64,000 nt of DNA, from assembly GCF_036365525.1 (NCBI RefSeq), contig NC_090382.1:27128219-27192218 (forward strand), read 5' to 3'. This stretch comes from Heterodontus francisci (lineage: Eukaryota). A model generated the notes under the pieces. The model searched no databases and was not told the DNA's origin. It worked only from the letters and a program-made list of their open reading frames with translations. Each line of letters opens with the position of its first letter. Within the stretch, counting starts at the first letter, position 1. Both the position numbers and the translations under genes were made by a program. Below are positions 13,445 through 25,621 of the stretch, piece after piece.

Positions 13445-13986
13445 GGGCTCTGGTGACATCACGTGGGGCCCCGAATGCTATTTTAACTTGAAGACTGTAT
13501 TTGAAGGCTGTTGTGGCCTTTCTCACCAGGCCAACTTAGCAAGAAGAAGAGCAGGGTCAGAAGACGCAACTAAGAAGGGTGTTCTTTTATATTTTTTGAC
13601 TTCCCTTGTGGTGTCAAAATGAGTAAGACTGCTGCTCTAGGTCCAACAAAAAAAGTTTAGGCCCCTCCTGCCCCCTAACTATCAGCGCCCTCCCCACTCA
13701 CTGTCCTTTCCCTTCTCCTGAACACAAGGCCCTCCCAAACCCCCTTCCCGTGTCTCACCTGAGTGCCGGGCCCGTTCCTTCAAACCCTTGAAGTGGGCTC
13801 CTATCCACAATATTGTATTTCAGCTGCCTGTCTGCCAGCTGCCACTACCTTCCAGTTCTAGGCAGGAGACTGGCTGAGACTATGTAGACGAGTCCCAGAA
13901 GTTCCAATCTCCCGGGCTTCATCCTGCCGAGTTGGAGTGGCTTGCCTTCTGCCTCAGTCCCTGGCTGTCTCAAGTTAAAATCGGGT
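13445..13986. mobile_element. Degraded Harbinger-like MITE fragment(s)
   Basis: Ends GTTAAAATCGGG; GC-rich body resembles the other MITEs. Confidence 0.4.
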
Positions 13987-14565
13987 GGTGTCCTCACTGA
14001 ATGTTATATTCTCAATTAGCCACAAATAAAGTTATTCAAAAATATAGATCATTGGACACTGGGCATTATGCATCCCCCTTGTCACTCAATCCAACTGATC
14101 CATAACCCTCTTTATAATGGTATCACACTGTCAGACTGATTTTGCGCAGACGTTGCTTCTGCTGTAACCTAATGGCACCCAAACCTTCACCACCCTGTAT
14201 TGAGAGAACTTTCAGTGACACTTGTGTAAAGAACTGTGCCCAGTACCATTTTATATTACTGTATAAAAAAATACAAGTGTGAATATAATAAGCCTTTGTT
14301 TGTAAGGAAATAAGCCAGTCCAAAATGTCATTAGCTTAAAGCCTCAAAGCTGTTGCCCTCACCTATGTCATTCTATAGCATCTCCTGCCTCTGTTTGTAT
14401 TGTACTGCACACAGCTGCTAATAACATTGCTTTAAAGGAAACCGCTGACTGTTGTGCTTTAACTACTGCAGCACTGCCCTGAGTCTTTGAAATCTCATTG
14501 ATGGAACAACTTTGATGCAAGGGAACTTTGTTTTGTTGTTAAATGATAACATTCACCAATAACCT

Positions 14566-15194
14566 GGGCTGATTCTTTGGACCCCACTGACATAGGGAAG
14601 GGAGGCAGACGGGGCTTGAAAATTCCAAAGCCCGCTTCACGATCCTATTTCTGACATCGACTATTTTGGCTGACACGGATTCAGGGCCCGGGAAGGCTGC
14701 CTGCCCCCAAAAGACAGGCAGGCAATTAGGCTCATTGAGAGCCTTGTTAAACAGGGATTAAGGACACTGACTGGGATTTTCCAGTCGGCCTCCAGTTTCC
14801 CGACATGACAGGGCAGCTTAACTGCCTGGAGGCGGGCACCCAGTGGCAGGTTGGAGTGCCAGTGCTCCAGGCAGGCCTAAGGGCCCTCCTTGCTTACCTG
14901 GGTATGTATGCAGTCAAAGGTTGTAGAGGGGCTCTCCCCACCCACCCACTCCACCACCAGTAGTTGAGAGGGCACCTTCTTGTTGAAGCACCCTCTCATT
15001 TACTTACCTTATAACTGATTGGCCCTCCAGATTCGAGAGCCCACCCTGAATTGGACAGCGAACCTGTCTCCATGCCAATTAAAGAGGTGCCCTGGTCGAA
15101 ATTCAAGGTCAGTCACTGTTTCCCTTGGGGACAGGTTCAGGACCCAGCAACAGTCCCGGCTCCTGTTTCCCTCCCCAAGGCAAAATTGCAGCCC
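14566..15194. mobile_element. Harbinger-like MITE
   Basis: TIRs GGGCTGATTCTTTG / CAAAATTGCAGCCC; 3-bp TSD CCT. Confidence 0.75.
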
Positions 15195-15337
15195 CCTATG
15201 TATGATTTATTCATTTATTGAGAAACCAAGGGAAACGGCAAAGGTCAGAGCACCACTGTGGTGGGATGAGCAGATCAGGAAGCAGTAGTTTAGTGATAGC
15301 TTTAAGGTGTAAGAGAAAGGTCTGAGGCGTTATACAG

Positions 15338-15788
15338 CTGTGGCTCAGTTGGTAGCTTTCTCACATTTGAGTCAGAAGGTTTGGAGTCCAAGACCTGCTG
15401 CAGAGACTTGAGCATATAATCTACCCTGATACTGAGCATGTGCTGGACTCTTGGAGGTGCTGTATTTTGGTTAAGAAGTTAAACTAAGGCCCTGTCTGCC
15501 CGCTCAGGTGGATGCCAAAGATTTCATAGCACTATTTTGAACAAAGGCATGAGAGTTCTCCACAGTGTCCTGGCCACTCAGGACACTAACAATTGGTTAA
15601 TATCTCTAAAACAGATTATCTTGCTATGTATTGCATTGCTGCTTGTGGGAGCTTTCTGTGAGCAAATCGGCTGCTGTGTTTCCTATATTACAACAGTGAC
15701 TGCACTTCGAAAGTACTTGATTGGCTGTAAATCACTTTGGGGCATCCTGAGGTTGTGAGGGATGCTATATAACTGCTTTCTTTCTTTC
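15338..15788 (+). mobile_element. Deu-domain SINE (SacSINE1/AmnSINE1-like)
   Basis: tRNA-like head TGGCTCAGTTGG; core CTCAGGTGGATG..AAAGAT..CATAGCACTATT; L2-like tail. Confidence 0.82.
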
Positions 15789-16171
15789 TGGCTTGAATGA
15801 ACTGCAATGGAAGACTGCAATGAATCTTGATTTCAACAAAAGCAAGGTTGCAGCGAGGGTGTAAGGTGACATCAGCTGTTTTGCTTAAGAGAAAACTCTT
15901 CAGAGTAGCAATGGCCATAATGGGATTGATAAAATAGGAGAAGCAGGAAAGACTGTGGTGAACCTGCCCATATCTCACAGATTTGTCCTGTTTACCCATC
16001 CCAGCGTAACAGTAACACCAAAATATTTTCAGGGCCAAAGCGCCCAGCCACATTTTTAAAGCCACTGTACACACGCAGTTTGATGCACCTGCCGTTGATT
16101 CAAAGGTGCATTTTGAACCTTCCATTTTGGCAGAAGTCTTTTCCAATGTGGAAAAGGGAGTAGGAGCAGGT

Positions 16172-16562
16172 TCACAAACTCAGGACATCCCAATGCACTT
16201 TACAGCTAATGAAGTACTTTTGAAGTGTAGCCACTGTTGTAATGTAGGAAACGTGGTAGCCAATTTGCTCACAGCAAGCTCCCACAAACAGCAATATGAT
16301 CATGAGCTGATAATCGGTTTTTGGTGTTGAATGAAGGGTAAATATTGGCCAGATATCCTTTACTCTTCGAATAGTGCCATGGAATCTTTTATGTTCATCT
16401 AAAAAGTTGAACAGTTTATCTGAATGACAGTACTTCCAATGGTGCAGCATTGCTTCAGTACTGCACTGAAGTGTCAGCCTAGGTTATGTGCTCAAGTATC
16501 TGGGGTGGGACTATAAATTCCCAATCTTCTGACTCAAAAATGAAAGTGCTACGACTGAGCCA
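16172..16562 (-). mobile_element. Deu-domain SINE
   Basis: Reverse-complement homology to 15338-15788, including head. Confidence 0.8.
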
Positions 16563-16867
16563 AAAAGAACAACCTGACTCGCACTAAGTGTTGCAAGCAC
16601 TATCACGATACAGACCAGACTGAGATGAAGAACAAGTACAATTTGAGTCAGAGTATACGCATATGGAAGAGCAATTCACACAGCAGTGAAGGAACAGGAG
16701 CAGGTGTAAAAATGCCAACTGAATTCCTCCATGAACTACAGTGCCCGAGTATTTGGGCTCATAGGTCTCCAAATAAAAGTAGATTGCTGCTTGAACAAGA
16801 GGGTTTACAAAATCCATTTTGGCTCTCCAAAGAGTGTGAAGGAGTCAATTAGCCACATAGAGTCATA

Positions 16868-17030
16868 GGGTGGGATTTTATGCCCCCCACGCACCCCCAC
16901 CCCCGCAGCAGGTTGGAGGCAGGAAGAGCAAAAAAATCGGGTGGGATGGTGGTGGGGGAGTGGCAGGGGGTTCCCCCCACCATCATGCTTCTGCCAAAAT
17001 TTAGTCCAGGGCAGGAAGGCCTGTGAATGG
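16868..17030. mobile_element. MITE terminal fragment
   Basis: GGGTGGGATTTTATGC TIR; reverse-similar to 19350-19500. Confidence 0.6.
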
Positions 17031-17039
17031 CTTCAGTTG

Positions 17040-17278
17040 TCTTTATCCTGAGCTCTGAAATTCCCTCCCTATACCTCGCCACCTCGCTACCTTGTTTTCC
17101 TCCTTTAAGAAGCTCCTTAAAATCTACTTCTTTGACCAACTTTTTGGCCATCTACCCTAATATCTTTTTATGTGGCTCGGTGTCAAATTTTGTTTCACAG
17201 TGCTGCTGTTAAGCACCTTGGGATGTTTTATTACCTTAAAGGTACTACATAAAAGCAAGTTATTGCTGTTGTTGTTGT
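17040..17278 (+). mobile_element. L2 LINE 3' end
   Basis: NSLP...FKKLLKxxFFDQ-like C-terminus and (TTG)n tail; homologous to 47394-47600 reversed. Confidence 0.8.
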
Positions 17279-17929
17279 AATTCACAGACCTCAGAGTTGC
17301 CCAAAACTCTGATCTCAAGCAAATATGTAGACATGATGAGGATAAAATTATGGCTGGAGAAGGCACAGGAGAGGTTGTTGCCTCTCAGTGACCTGCCATC
17401 AGAGGAAATATAAACTGAGCTCCTGCCTGATGGTCCAAGTGGATGTTAAAAATTAAAAAGAATAGTAGTGAGTTCTTCATATATCCTCTGTATAAAATAA
17501 TCATCTTGCTGCTGAAATATCAACAATCATTGCATGTGGAGTAATTTGAACAGTTGGAGACTTGTGATAAAGCACTTTCTGAATGCAATTCTTGCTCTAT
17601 TTGTTGTTTGTTTGGTGTCATTGAGTTGAGTCATTGTTCTGGCAGCACCTGGAGCAGCTGGTGTGATGTTACCGGTTATCTTTTCGTATCTTCCTCCTGA
17701 TCCCACCCCTCTATGTGGATTAGTATGGTGGCAGTGGAGCTGATGGGGGAATCTTGCTAAGTATCTGGGAAGAAGGGCCTACTCATTTGGCACACATCCA
17801 ACTTTAGAGAGAGACAGAATATAATTTCAACTGTCTTTGGAATAAGCATAATGCAAAACACAACAGTGTACTTTTAGCACTGTAACAGTAAGAGGGCAGT
17901 CAGTAAGGAGATTTATTACCCAAGCCGTG

Positions 17930-18516
17930 TGAATAGCGAGCTGTATGTCCAAGTTTTTGGTTAACAATATGTTAGGAGGAACCATAAGTTGTGTAGATGG
18001 CAGCCAAAAGTTGCAAAGGGTCATAGAGAGATTATGTGAGTGGACAAAACTATGGCAGATGGAGCTCAATGTGGGAAAATGTAAGGCCATCCAGTTTGGA
18101 CCGATGAAAGATAAATTGGAATATTTTCTAAATGGTAAGAAAGTTGGAGCTGTAGAGAAGCAAAAAGTTGAAGGTCCAAGTACACAAATGATTTAAAGCT
18201 TGTGGACAGATATAAAAAGTAATCAAGACTAATGGATGTTAGTCTTTATCTCAAGGGGGCTGGAATGCAAATGGAAGGAAGTTATGCTTCGGTTTATTGA
18301 GCTTTGGTTAGACTCCCTCTGAATTTACTGCATTCGCTTTTGGGCACCAAACCTCAGTTAAGATATATTGGCCAAAAAGGGCATGTAGCACATATTCACC
18401 AGTTGTATATCAAGCTAAAAGGGTTAAGTTATGAGGACAGGTATAAACTTAGCTTGTGTTCCTCCAAGGTTGAGGGATGATCTAATTTAGCTGTTTAAAA
18501 TTATAAAAGATTTTGA
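17930..18516 (+). mobile_element. Old CR1 fragment; continues at 29141-29325 after Gypsy B
   Basis: KLQRVIERLCEWTKLWQMELNVGKC; breaks at LFKIIKDFD and resumes DTKKLVPLVGESRT. Confidence 0.85.
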
Positions 18517-18658
18517 CGTGTTTGCACTGATCAAGTATTAAGATCAGTATTAAGCTGGCTTATTGTATTGTAATGTCTTTTGTATACAGCCTCTTTGCTG
18601 CCCTCTCCGTTGGGAGGTGTAAATAAAGTTTCCAACATGGCTGCTCCAGTAAAGATCT

Positions 18659-19504
18659 GAGCCGGATTTGATGCTGGCGACAGGGGTCTCGACATGCAGA
18701 AAAAGCCACGCTGAGAACCCCATGTCGCCTCTCCTCCAGAAGGCCTGCCAAATCTGGGGCCAGTCAGGCTCTTAAGTGGATAATGGCAGGCCGTCCAAAG
18801 CATCAAGAACCGCGGTGCCAGATGTCCCGCCCTCAGAGAGCTGCTGGCCAATTGGAAGTTAGCAGCTCTTCCACTGAGCAGCGCCACTGCAGAGGTGGTG
18901 GCTGCTGCAAGCGGAGCAACTATCTGAGGCACAGGAGTGACACTGGTCCCAGGCCACAGGTAGGTCAGGGCAGGAGGGCTCTTGCGGGATGAGGGTTGCA
19001 GGGAAGGCGGGTGTGGGGGGCGGATGGTGGTGGTGTGGTCACTAGCAAGGGCAGGGAGTGGCTTTCAGCGGCACCCCCCCCTTCCGATGTTGGGTCCCTT
19101 ATTCAGGCACTAAGTGCGTTTTAACGAGAGACCACACACCCGCACCACCACCCCACCACCACCAACTCCCCCCCCCACCCACACCCCACAACCTCCCCAG
19201 CAACTCCTGGAGCCGGGAAACATCCCATATGGTTTTTTGGGCTGTGCTTCCCATGCAGCGACAGTTCCGCCTGGCGCATGGCTAATTGTGGCGGGGGCAA
19301 GTTGAGGCCCTTAATTGGGGATTAATTGCTGACAGGCTGGGGGTGCTGTTCACAGGCCTTCCTGCCTGGACTAAATTTTGGCGGAGGTGAGAATGTGGCG
19401 GGGTCCACCTCCACCCCCACCCACCCCCCCGCCACCATTCCGCCCGATTTTATGCTCTCACCGCCTCCAAACCCACCGTGGGGAAGAGCATAACATTTCT
19501 CCCC
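18659..19504. mobile_element. Harbinger-like MITE in the 5' LTR of Gypsy B
   Basis: Absent from the 3' LTR at the homologous site; degenerate TIRs GAGCCGGATTTGATGCT / AGCATAACATTTCTCCCC. Confidence 0.8.
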
Positions 19505-20069
19505 TCATGTTAGTTTTACTCAGGATACACAACAGAAACTTGACGACAAAAGAATGGGATTGGCATTTTTTGCATTTCATTCAAGAGATTACAGTCTGAA
19601 TCTCATTCCGACACACTTTTTGGACCTCCCAAAGTCAATTTTGAGGAAGTTTAAGCAATTTGTTTTGTGTGTCTGCAATTCATGTTCAGCTCCAGCTCAG
19701 TGAATATGTAATTTAAAAAGTATGGCATTGAATACATATTTTGGGATAGTGGGGGAATTCAACCCTAACAAAGGGGACTGGTGTAATTATGAACGAAGGT
19801 TACACATTTGGCTGCAAGCTGATAAAACCCTAAATGAGGATAATGTGAATGTCATCCCATGATGGGGCCAAATGCGTTTGAAGTATTGCTGACAGACCCC
19901 AGTACTTTGGACAATGCTGAAATAAACGAGATTCTGGTCTCATATTATGGGATAACTAAGAATGAAATTGCACTACGAGTGGCATTTGAGGAAGGAAGCA
20001 GTTGCCAAATGAGTTTATTGCAGATTATATTCTCGAATTAAAGAAACTTTCTCGTCACTGTTGTTATGG

Positions 20070-20352
20070 TGCCAAGGACAAGGGCAGCAAATGCATGGGA
20101 ACACCACCACCTGCAAGTTGCCTTCCAAGTCACACCATTCTGACTTGGAACTATATCACCATTCCTTCACTATCACTGGGTCAAAATCCTAGAACTCCCT
20201 TCCTAACTGCACTGTGGGTGTACCTACATGGACTGCAGCAGTTCAAGAAGACAGCTCACCACCACCTTCTCAAGGGCAATTAGGGATGGGTAATAAATGC
20301 TGGCCCAGCCTGCGACACCCATATCCCCATGAATGAATGAAAAAAAAGAAAA
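20070..20352 (+). mobile_element. 3' end of CR1-group LINE family B
   Basis: WNSLP..FKKTAHHHLLKGN stop, AATAAA, ATGAATGA-A tail; same family as 30355 and 57226. Confidence 0.85.
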
Positions 20353-21087
20353 ACTTACAAGTCAACCTTCAAGACATGTTCGTTGGAGGTCTAAAAAGCA
20401 GTAAAATTCAAGCCTAGCTTTTGTGTAAAGGCAATAAACTGACATGGAAGGAGGCCTGCAATGAGGCCACAGGCATGGAAATGGCAGGAATAGATAGCTG
20501 CAGATTGCAAGGAAGTTCTTTTCCTGATCCGGCAGGGGAGGATCACCAGATTTCAGCAGGAAACAGGCAGACTAATTCACAGACTCAGAGTCAGAAACTT
20601 AGATGCTGTCATTGCCATGGTAGCCACCATCTAAATGCTCCCATTTCCAGTTGAAGTTCTATATCTGTGGGAATGCCGATCATAGCCAGACAGCATGCAG
20701 GAGTAAAGGAAACAGTAATGGTCTAGGTCACAGAAAAGCTCCAGGTTGCAGCAATGCACCAGGTTGAAGTGGTGGTAAATCTAAAGCTAGTTCAGGCTCC
20801 TGGAAGTCCCCAAATGTGCTGGGATATGGAAACAGAAGTTGTTGTTATCGAGCAGGAAGATCATGAGTTGTACCCAGACAGAGAGCAAGGAAAACAGAAC
20901 ATGGAAGTTTAGAGAAAAAGGTCTGAAGATATAATTCCAGTGCCCACAGTAAAAATTAAAGTCGGAGAGTAACTTTGTTGTTGATATTGCCATAGCAGTG
21001 CCTGTTATCTCAGAAGGAGAGTACACAAAGTCCCTAAGTCACATTCCGTTATGCAAAACTGGCATGAAACTAACTAGTTATTCCAGT

Positions 21088-22017
21088 GGTTACAGTGAAG
21101 TGAGGAGGGGTCGAAGGGCTTCTGTCTTTTTCCTCTCCTTGTTTGACCACAACAGTTTTTATTCTTTTTAAAGTGGATGTACTGGGCAATTCAGTAGGTG
21201 TTTGATTGCTTACTTGCTATGATCATAACAAGAACCAATCGGACAGGTTTTCTTGAGAAAGAGGTTATCTTTATTATAGCTAAACTGAACTAATCAAAAT
21301 AATATACTACGTGACAACTTTCACTCACATACACCCACTAGAGATTTACACACACACAAATATATGAGAGTGGGGAAAGGTAGATTGGTTTAATTAGAGT
21401 CCATAGAGAAAAACAATATACAGTCTTTTGGGTTTGGTGATTCGGCTGGTTGCTAGCTGAATTCAGTGCTCCTGAGGCTTTTAAGTTTGAAGAGGAAGAT
21501 GACTGGTTCAGTGGGTCTCTTGGAGACAGCGATGCGGATGATTCCCTCCAACAGGGTTTCTGATTGCAGCCAGAGTATGCAAAGGTGGTCAGTCAACAAA
21601 TAGCATTTGAAGCTTTCAAGCTGGAATGGAGAGAGAGAGAGAGAGAGGAACCCCCAATTGGGTCTGCAAGTGTTGGAGTCCAGAAGCTTCTCCTCCGCTG
21701 CAAAGAAAACACCAGCTTAAAACCAGAGATGGGGAAGGGCTTGTCACATGATAGTCACGCAGTAATTCAAACATTGTAGCAGTGTTTCTCTTTTTGCTAA
21801 AAGAACAGATAGTTCCCTTAAATTTCCTGGGTCTTGGTTCTTGCTGGGGAATAAGCAGACATTTTGTCTTCCTCCTCACAGGCCTTGCAATGTAGGATAC
21901 AGTGTTGCAAATTAGGTGGTCATCTTAAGCTGTTAGCAAAGTCGTCTTTGTTAAATTCAGATCTCCAGTCAGTAGATTAAAGACAATTATCATTCAACAA
22001 AGCAAGTTGGTGTGACA
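21088..22017 (-). mobile_element. Solo LTR
   Basis: TGTCACA...CCCCTCCTCAC..CTGTAAC termini on minus strand; homologous to 49490-50421. Confidence 0.85.
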
Positions 22018-24427
22018 CAATATTAAGTGAAGTGAGTGTTGAGGTGGAATATAATGATGCGTCCTATTTGCCATTGGTAGTATTAGAAAAGGACAAAGTT
22101 TCCCTAATGCAAAGAAATTGGCTTATGAACATACCTTTGAACTGGGGTGAGTTATTTACAGTAGGGATCAGTAAGAGTATGTCTGACATCGAGAAGTGCT
22201 GAGAGTATACAAAGTGGTCTTTGAGCAAGGAGGACCAAATGATAAAATTAGGCATCACAAGGCTAAAGTTAAGATAAAGGAGAATGTACAGTCAACATTT
22301 TGCAAGCAGGCCAGTGTCTTATGCACAGTTAGAAACAATAAGTAAAGAGATGGATTGGTTAGAAAGAACAGGGGTAATTAAAAAGTTGAAGAGCAGTGAA
22401 TGGGCTGCACCCATTGTGGTAGCTCAAAAACAGACGGGTCCATTCAGATTTGTGGAAATTATTAACAAATGATAAATAAGGTGATTAAAAATGCTACTTA
22501 CCCACTGCCTACTAGCGATGATTTATTTTCTAATTTAGCAAATGGGAAGGTGTTCAGTACGATAGATGTCAAATGCTTATTTGCAATTAGAATAACTGGC
22601 AAGAGCAAGGAATTGCTTCCCATTCATACACACAAAGGGTTACACCAGTACAAAAGGTTATCATTTGGGTTGTCTACTGCTCCCATGGTGTTCCAGAGCA
22701 TCATGAATCAGGTACTAAGTGAGATGAAAGGAGTGTGTTGTTTCTTGGTTGACATTTTAATTAGCAGTAACACAGAGAGAGAGTAAATTGTAAGGTTGAA
22801 CAAAGTCCTAGATCAACTTCGAGAGTATAGCATCAAAGCTAAAAAGCACAAGTGTTGTTAAGTGTAACATATCTGAGTCACCAAATAGATGTAGAAGGTA
22901 CCCAATGCAGGAGAAGGTTGAGGGGATATTAAAAGCAATGAGACCAGAGAACAAAGAACAATAGGAATTGTTGTATATTATTCTACGTGCTTTATCGACT
23001 GAGCTAATACATTTGCTCCATTGTATCAACTGCTCAAAGATGGACTAGATAGGGAGTGGTCTGTCGAGTGTCATAAAATATTTGAATAAGTGAAGAAAGT
23101 ACTAACTATTGATGCTGTTTTGACCCACTATGATCTCAAGAGACCATTGGTTTTATTGTGCAATGCCTCACCCACAGGGTTTAGGGTTTACCATCTTTAG
23201 TAACAGCACGGTTTCAGGGATGGGCATTGATCTTGATAGTATGATAGAGATATATTAAACCAACAGATCACACAAATGCGGACGTTCTTTCGAAATTTCC
23301 CCTGAAGACGGATTCATTTTTAGCCCATGAATTACCTATAAATTGTTTTACAGACACAAATGACATGCCAGTATCTGCCAGAGAAATTTCATAAAAAACT
23401 CACAAGGATGTGGTGCTCAGTAAAGTATTCAATTATGTCATGAAAGGGTGGTCTAAAGAGCATGATGATGAGAAATTGCACAAGTATTTCACTGTAGAAA
23501 TGAACTAAGTGTAGATCAAGGTTGTCTCCTATGGGGTTTAAGAGTCATTATTCCACGAAGGTTTAGAGAGAGATTGTTGGAGGAACAGCATCAAGGACAC
23601 TCAGAGATAGTCTGTATGAAAGCAGTAGCAAGAAGCTATTTTTGGTATCTAAAGGCAGATAGAGATATTGAAGAGTTGGTGATAAGTTGTGAAATTTGTT
23701 TCAGAATGAGAAATGATCCAACCAAAGTTCCTTTTATTCCATGGTTAAACACAAGAAAACATGGGAATGAGTACATGTTGATTTTTTTAAAGTGAAAGGG
23801 AAAGAGTATTTTGTTTTGGTTGATAGTTGTAGCAAGTGGATAAATGTTGAGTCTGTGCTCAATACCAACAGTGCCAAAACTGTTGAGGTTTTGAGAAGTT
23901 GGTTTGCAATTTATGGGTTGCAGAGGTGTTGGTGTCAGATAATTGTCCACAGTATATGTCAGAAGAGTTTGAAACGTTGCTGAGTAAGAATGGAGTCAAA
24001 CACACTCTAATACCACCATATCATCCAGCATCAAATGGTGCTGCAGAAAAAGATGTACAAATTGTGAAGAGGTCTTTGCACAAGTATTTTCTGGGTGACA
24101 AGCTAGGCAGTAATTTCCATGTTTCTCTTCGACACAGGCTAGACAATTTTCTGTTCTCTTAAAGAACAATCACACAGTTTACAATAGGTTGCTCTCCTTA
24201 TGAGTTAGTGTTTAAACACGCTCCCAGGGCAAGGTTTAGTTTGCTCAAGACAGATGTAAATAGCAAAGTAAGAGAAAAGCAAGACAGAGTGACGATGAGT
24301 CATGATACTCGAAGCAAGAAACTTAGAGAGTTCAGTGTTGGTCAGAAGATCATGGTGAAAAACCACCGAGGTGTTAAGGAGAAGTATGTGTTTGGAATTA
24401 CTGTAAAAAGAATAGGTACATTCACAT

Positions 24428-24603
24428 AAAATAAAAGCAAAATACTGCGGATGCTGGAAATCTGAAATAAAAACAAGAAATGCTGGAACCACTCAGCAGG
24501 TCTGGCAGCATCTGTGGAAAGAGAAGCAGAGTTAACGTTTCGGGTCAGTGACCCTTCATCGGAACTGACAAATATTAGAAAAGTCACAGGTTATAAGCAA
24601 GTG
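24428..24603 (-). mobile_element. Penelope-like 3' end (pseudo-LTR)
   Basis: TSD AGGTACATTCACAT / AGGTACAGTCACAT (13/14); homologous to the tail of the GIY-YIG element at 29810; contains a hammerhead motif. Confidence 0.85.
24530..24566 (-). ncRNA. Minimal type I hammerhead ribozyme motif
   Basis: AGUU-CCGAUGA-A-GGGUC(ACU)GACCC-GAAA-CGUU-AACU: stem I AGUU/AACU, 5-bp stem II, palindromic stem III ACGU; U4C variant of CUGAUGA. Confidence 0.72.
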
Positions 24604-24764
24604 AGGTACAGTCACATGTCTAGTGAAGACTGGAGAGAGTATCTGTCAGTATCCTGTAGATCATTTGCTATAAAGAGGAAAACTGACAAAAGGAGAGTAT
24701 GAGAAGCCTCCTATTGTCAAGTTCTTCCAGTGCCAAGTAAACGAATAAAAGTGACAGTCACAAA

Positions 24765-25534
24765 GGGTTGATGGGGTTGTGGCAGGGGGCCCCAGAAAAT
24801 TCTTCCAGGCGAGGCCCGCCACATCCTGAGAAGGATCTGCTGCATTTTACCGGTGGTGGCAAGACCTCGGTGCAGCCTCGCTTTAATATTCAAATTCATT
24901 GAAATTAATGCAAATCAACTTACCTTGCCCTGACAGCCATCCCACTTCGATGTTCCAGCCATTAGATGGAACTCCCTCACCTTCGGAACTTAGATCAGAG
25001 TTCCGGGCGTGACACTGGTGGGGAGGGAGCAGGAGTGAAATTATCAGGGTGGGGGGAAACATTTTGTATTGCCTGTGGGGATGGTGGGAAGGGGTTGAAG
25101 GGCAAAGGTAATGAGGTTGGGGGTGGGGGGGGGTCAGTTCAGGTTGGGAATAAAGTTAGTTTTGGAGCGATAGGCCCAAAAGCAAACATGGGGTGGGGGG
25201 GCGGGGGGCCGGGGGGCGGTGTGTGGGTAGTGGAGTGGGAAAGGGCCTCCAGCTTTTATTTAATTTTTTAATGACAATGTTAAACACTGTGCCTTTAAAA
25301 ATTCTAATTTCTTCTCAGGGCTTGAAGCCCTTTAAGAATGGCACCAGCGCCTGCAAGGTGGTGCCGGACGCTCCACCCCCTCCATTTAAATGAACCCCCC
25401 CCCCCCACCTCCCCCCGCAAAATATCGTGGGGGGTGGGGGAGTGGTGGGTTAAGCGACGGCTGCTCCAGGTGGACGGACCGCCAAGATCAAACTGCGCCG
25501 CCACGATATGAAGCGTGCTAGTAAAATTCAGGCC
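24765..25534. mobile_element. Harbinger-like MITE (left end unclear)
   Basis: Right TIR GTAAAATTCAGGCC; G/C-run rich body. Confidence 0.6.
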
Positions 25535-25621
25535 AAAGAAGTTGAAAGTTTGCTGGTATCACACAATCCACTGGTGGAGCAATGGGATTCAAGGTCTTTG
25601 ATTAAGACTAATTGATCACAA

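Noticed and set aside
15688-16852. ORFs of 75-152 aa as host exons
   Set aside because: Partly overlap Deu-SINEs, no recognisable domain, no convincing splice pairs
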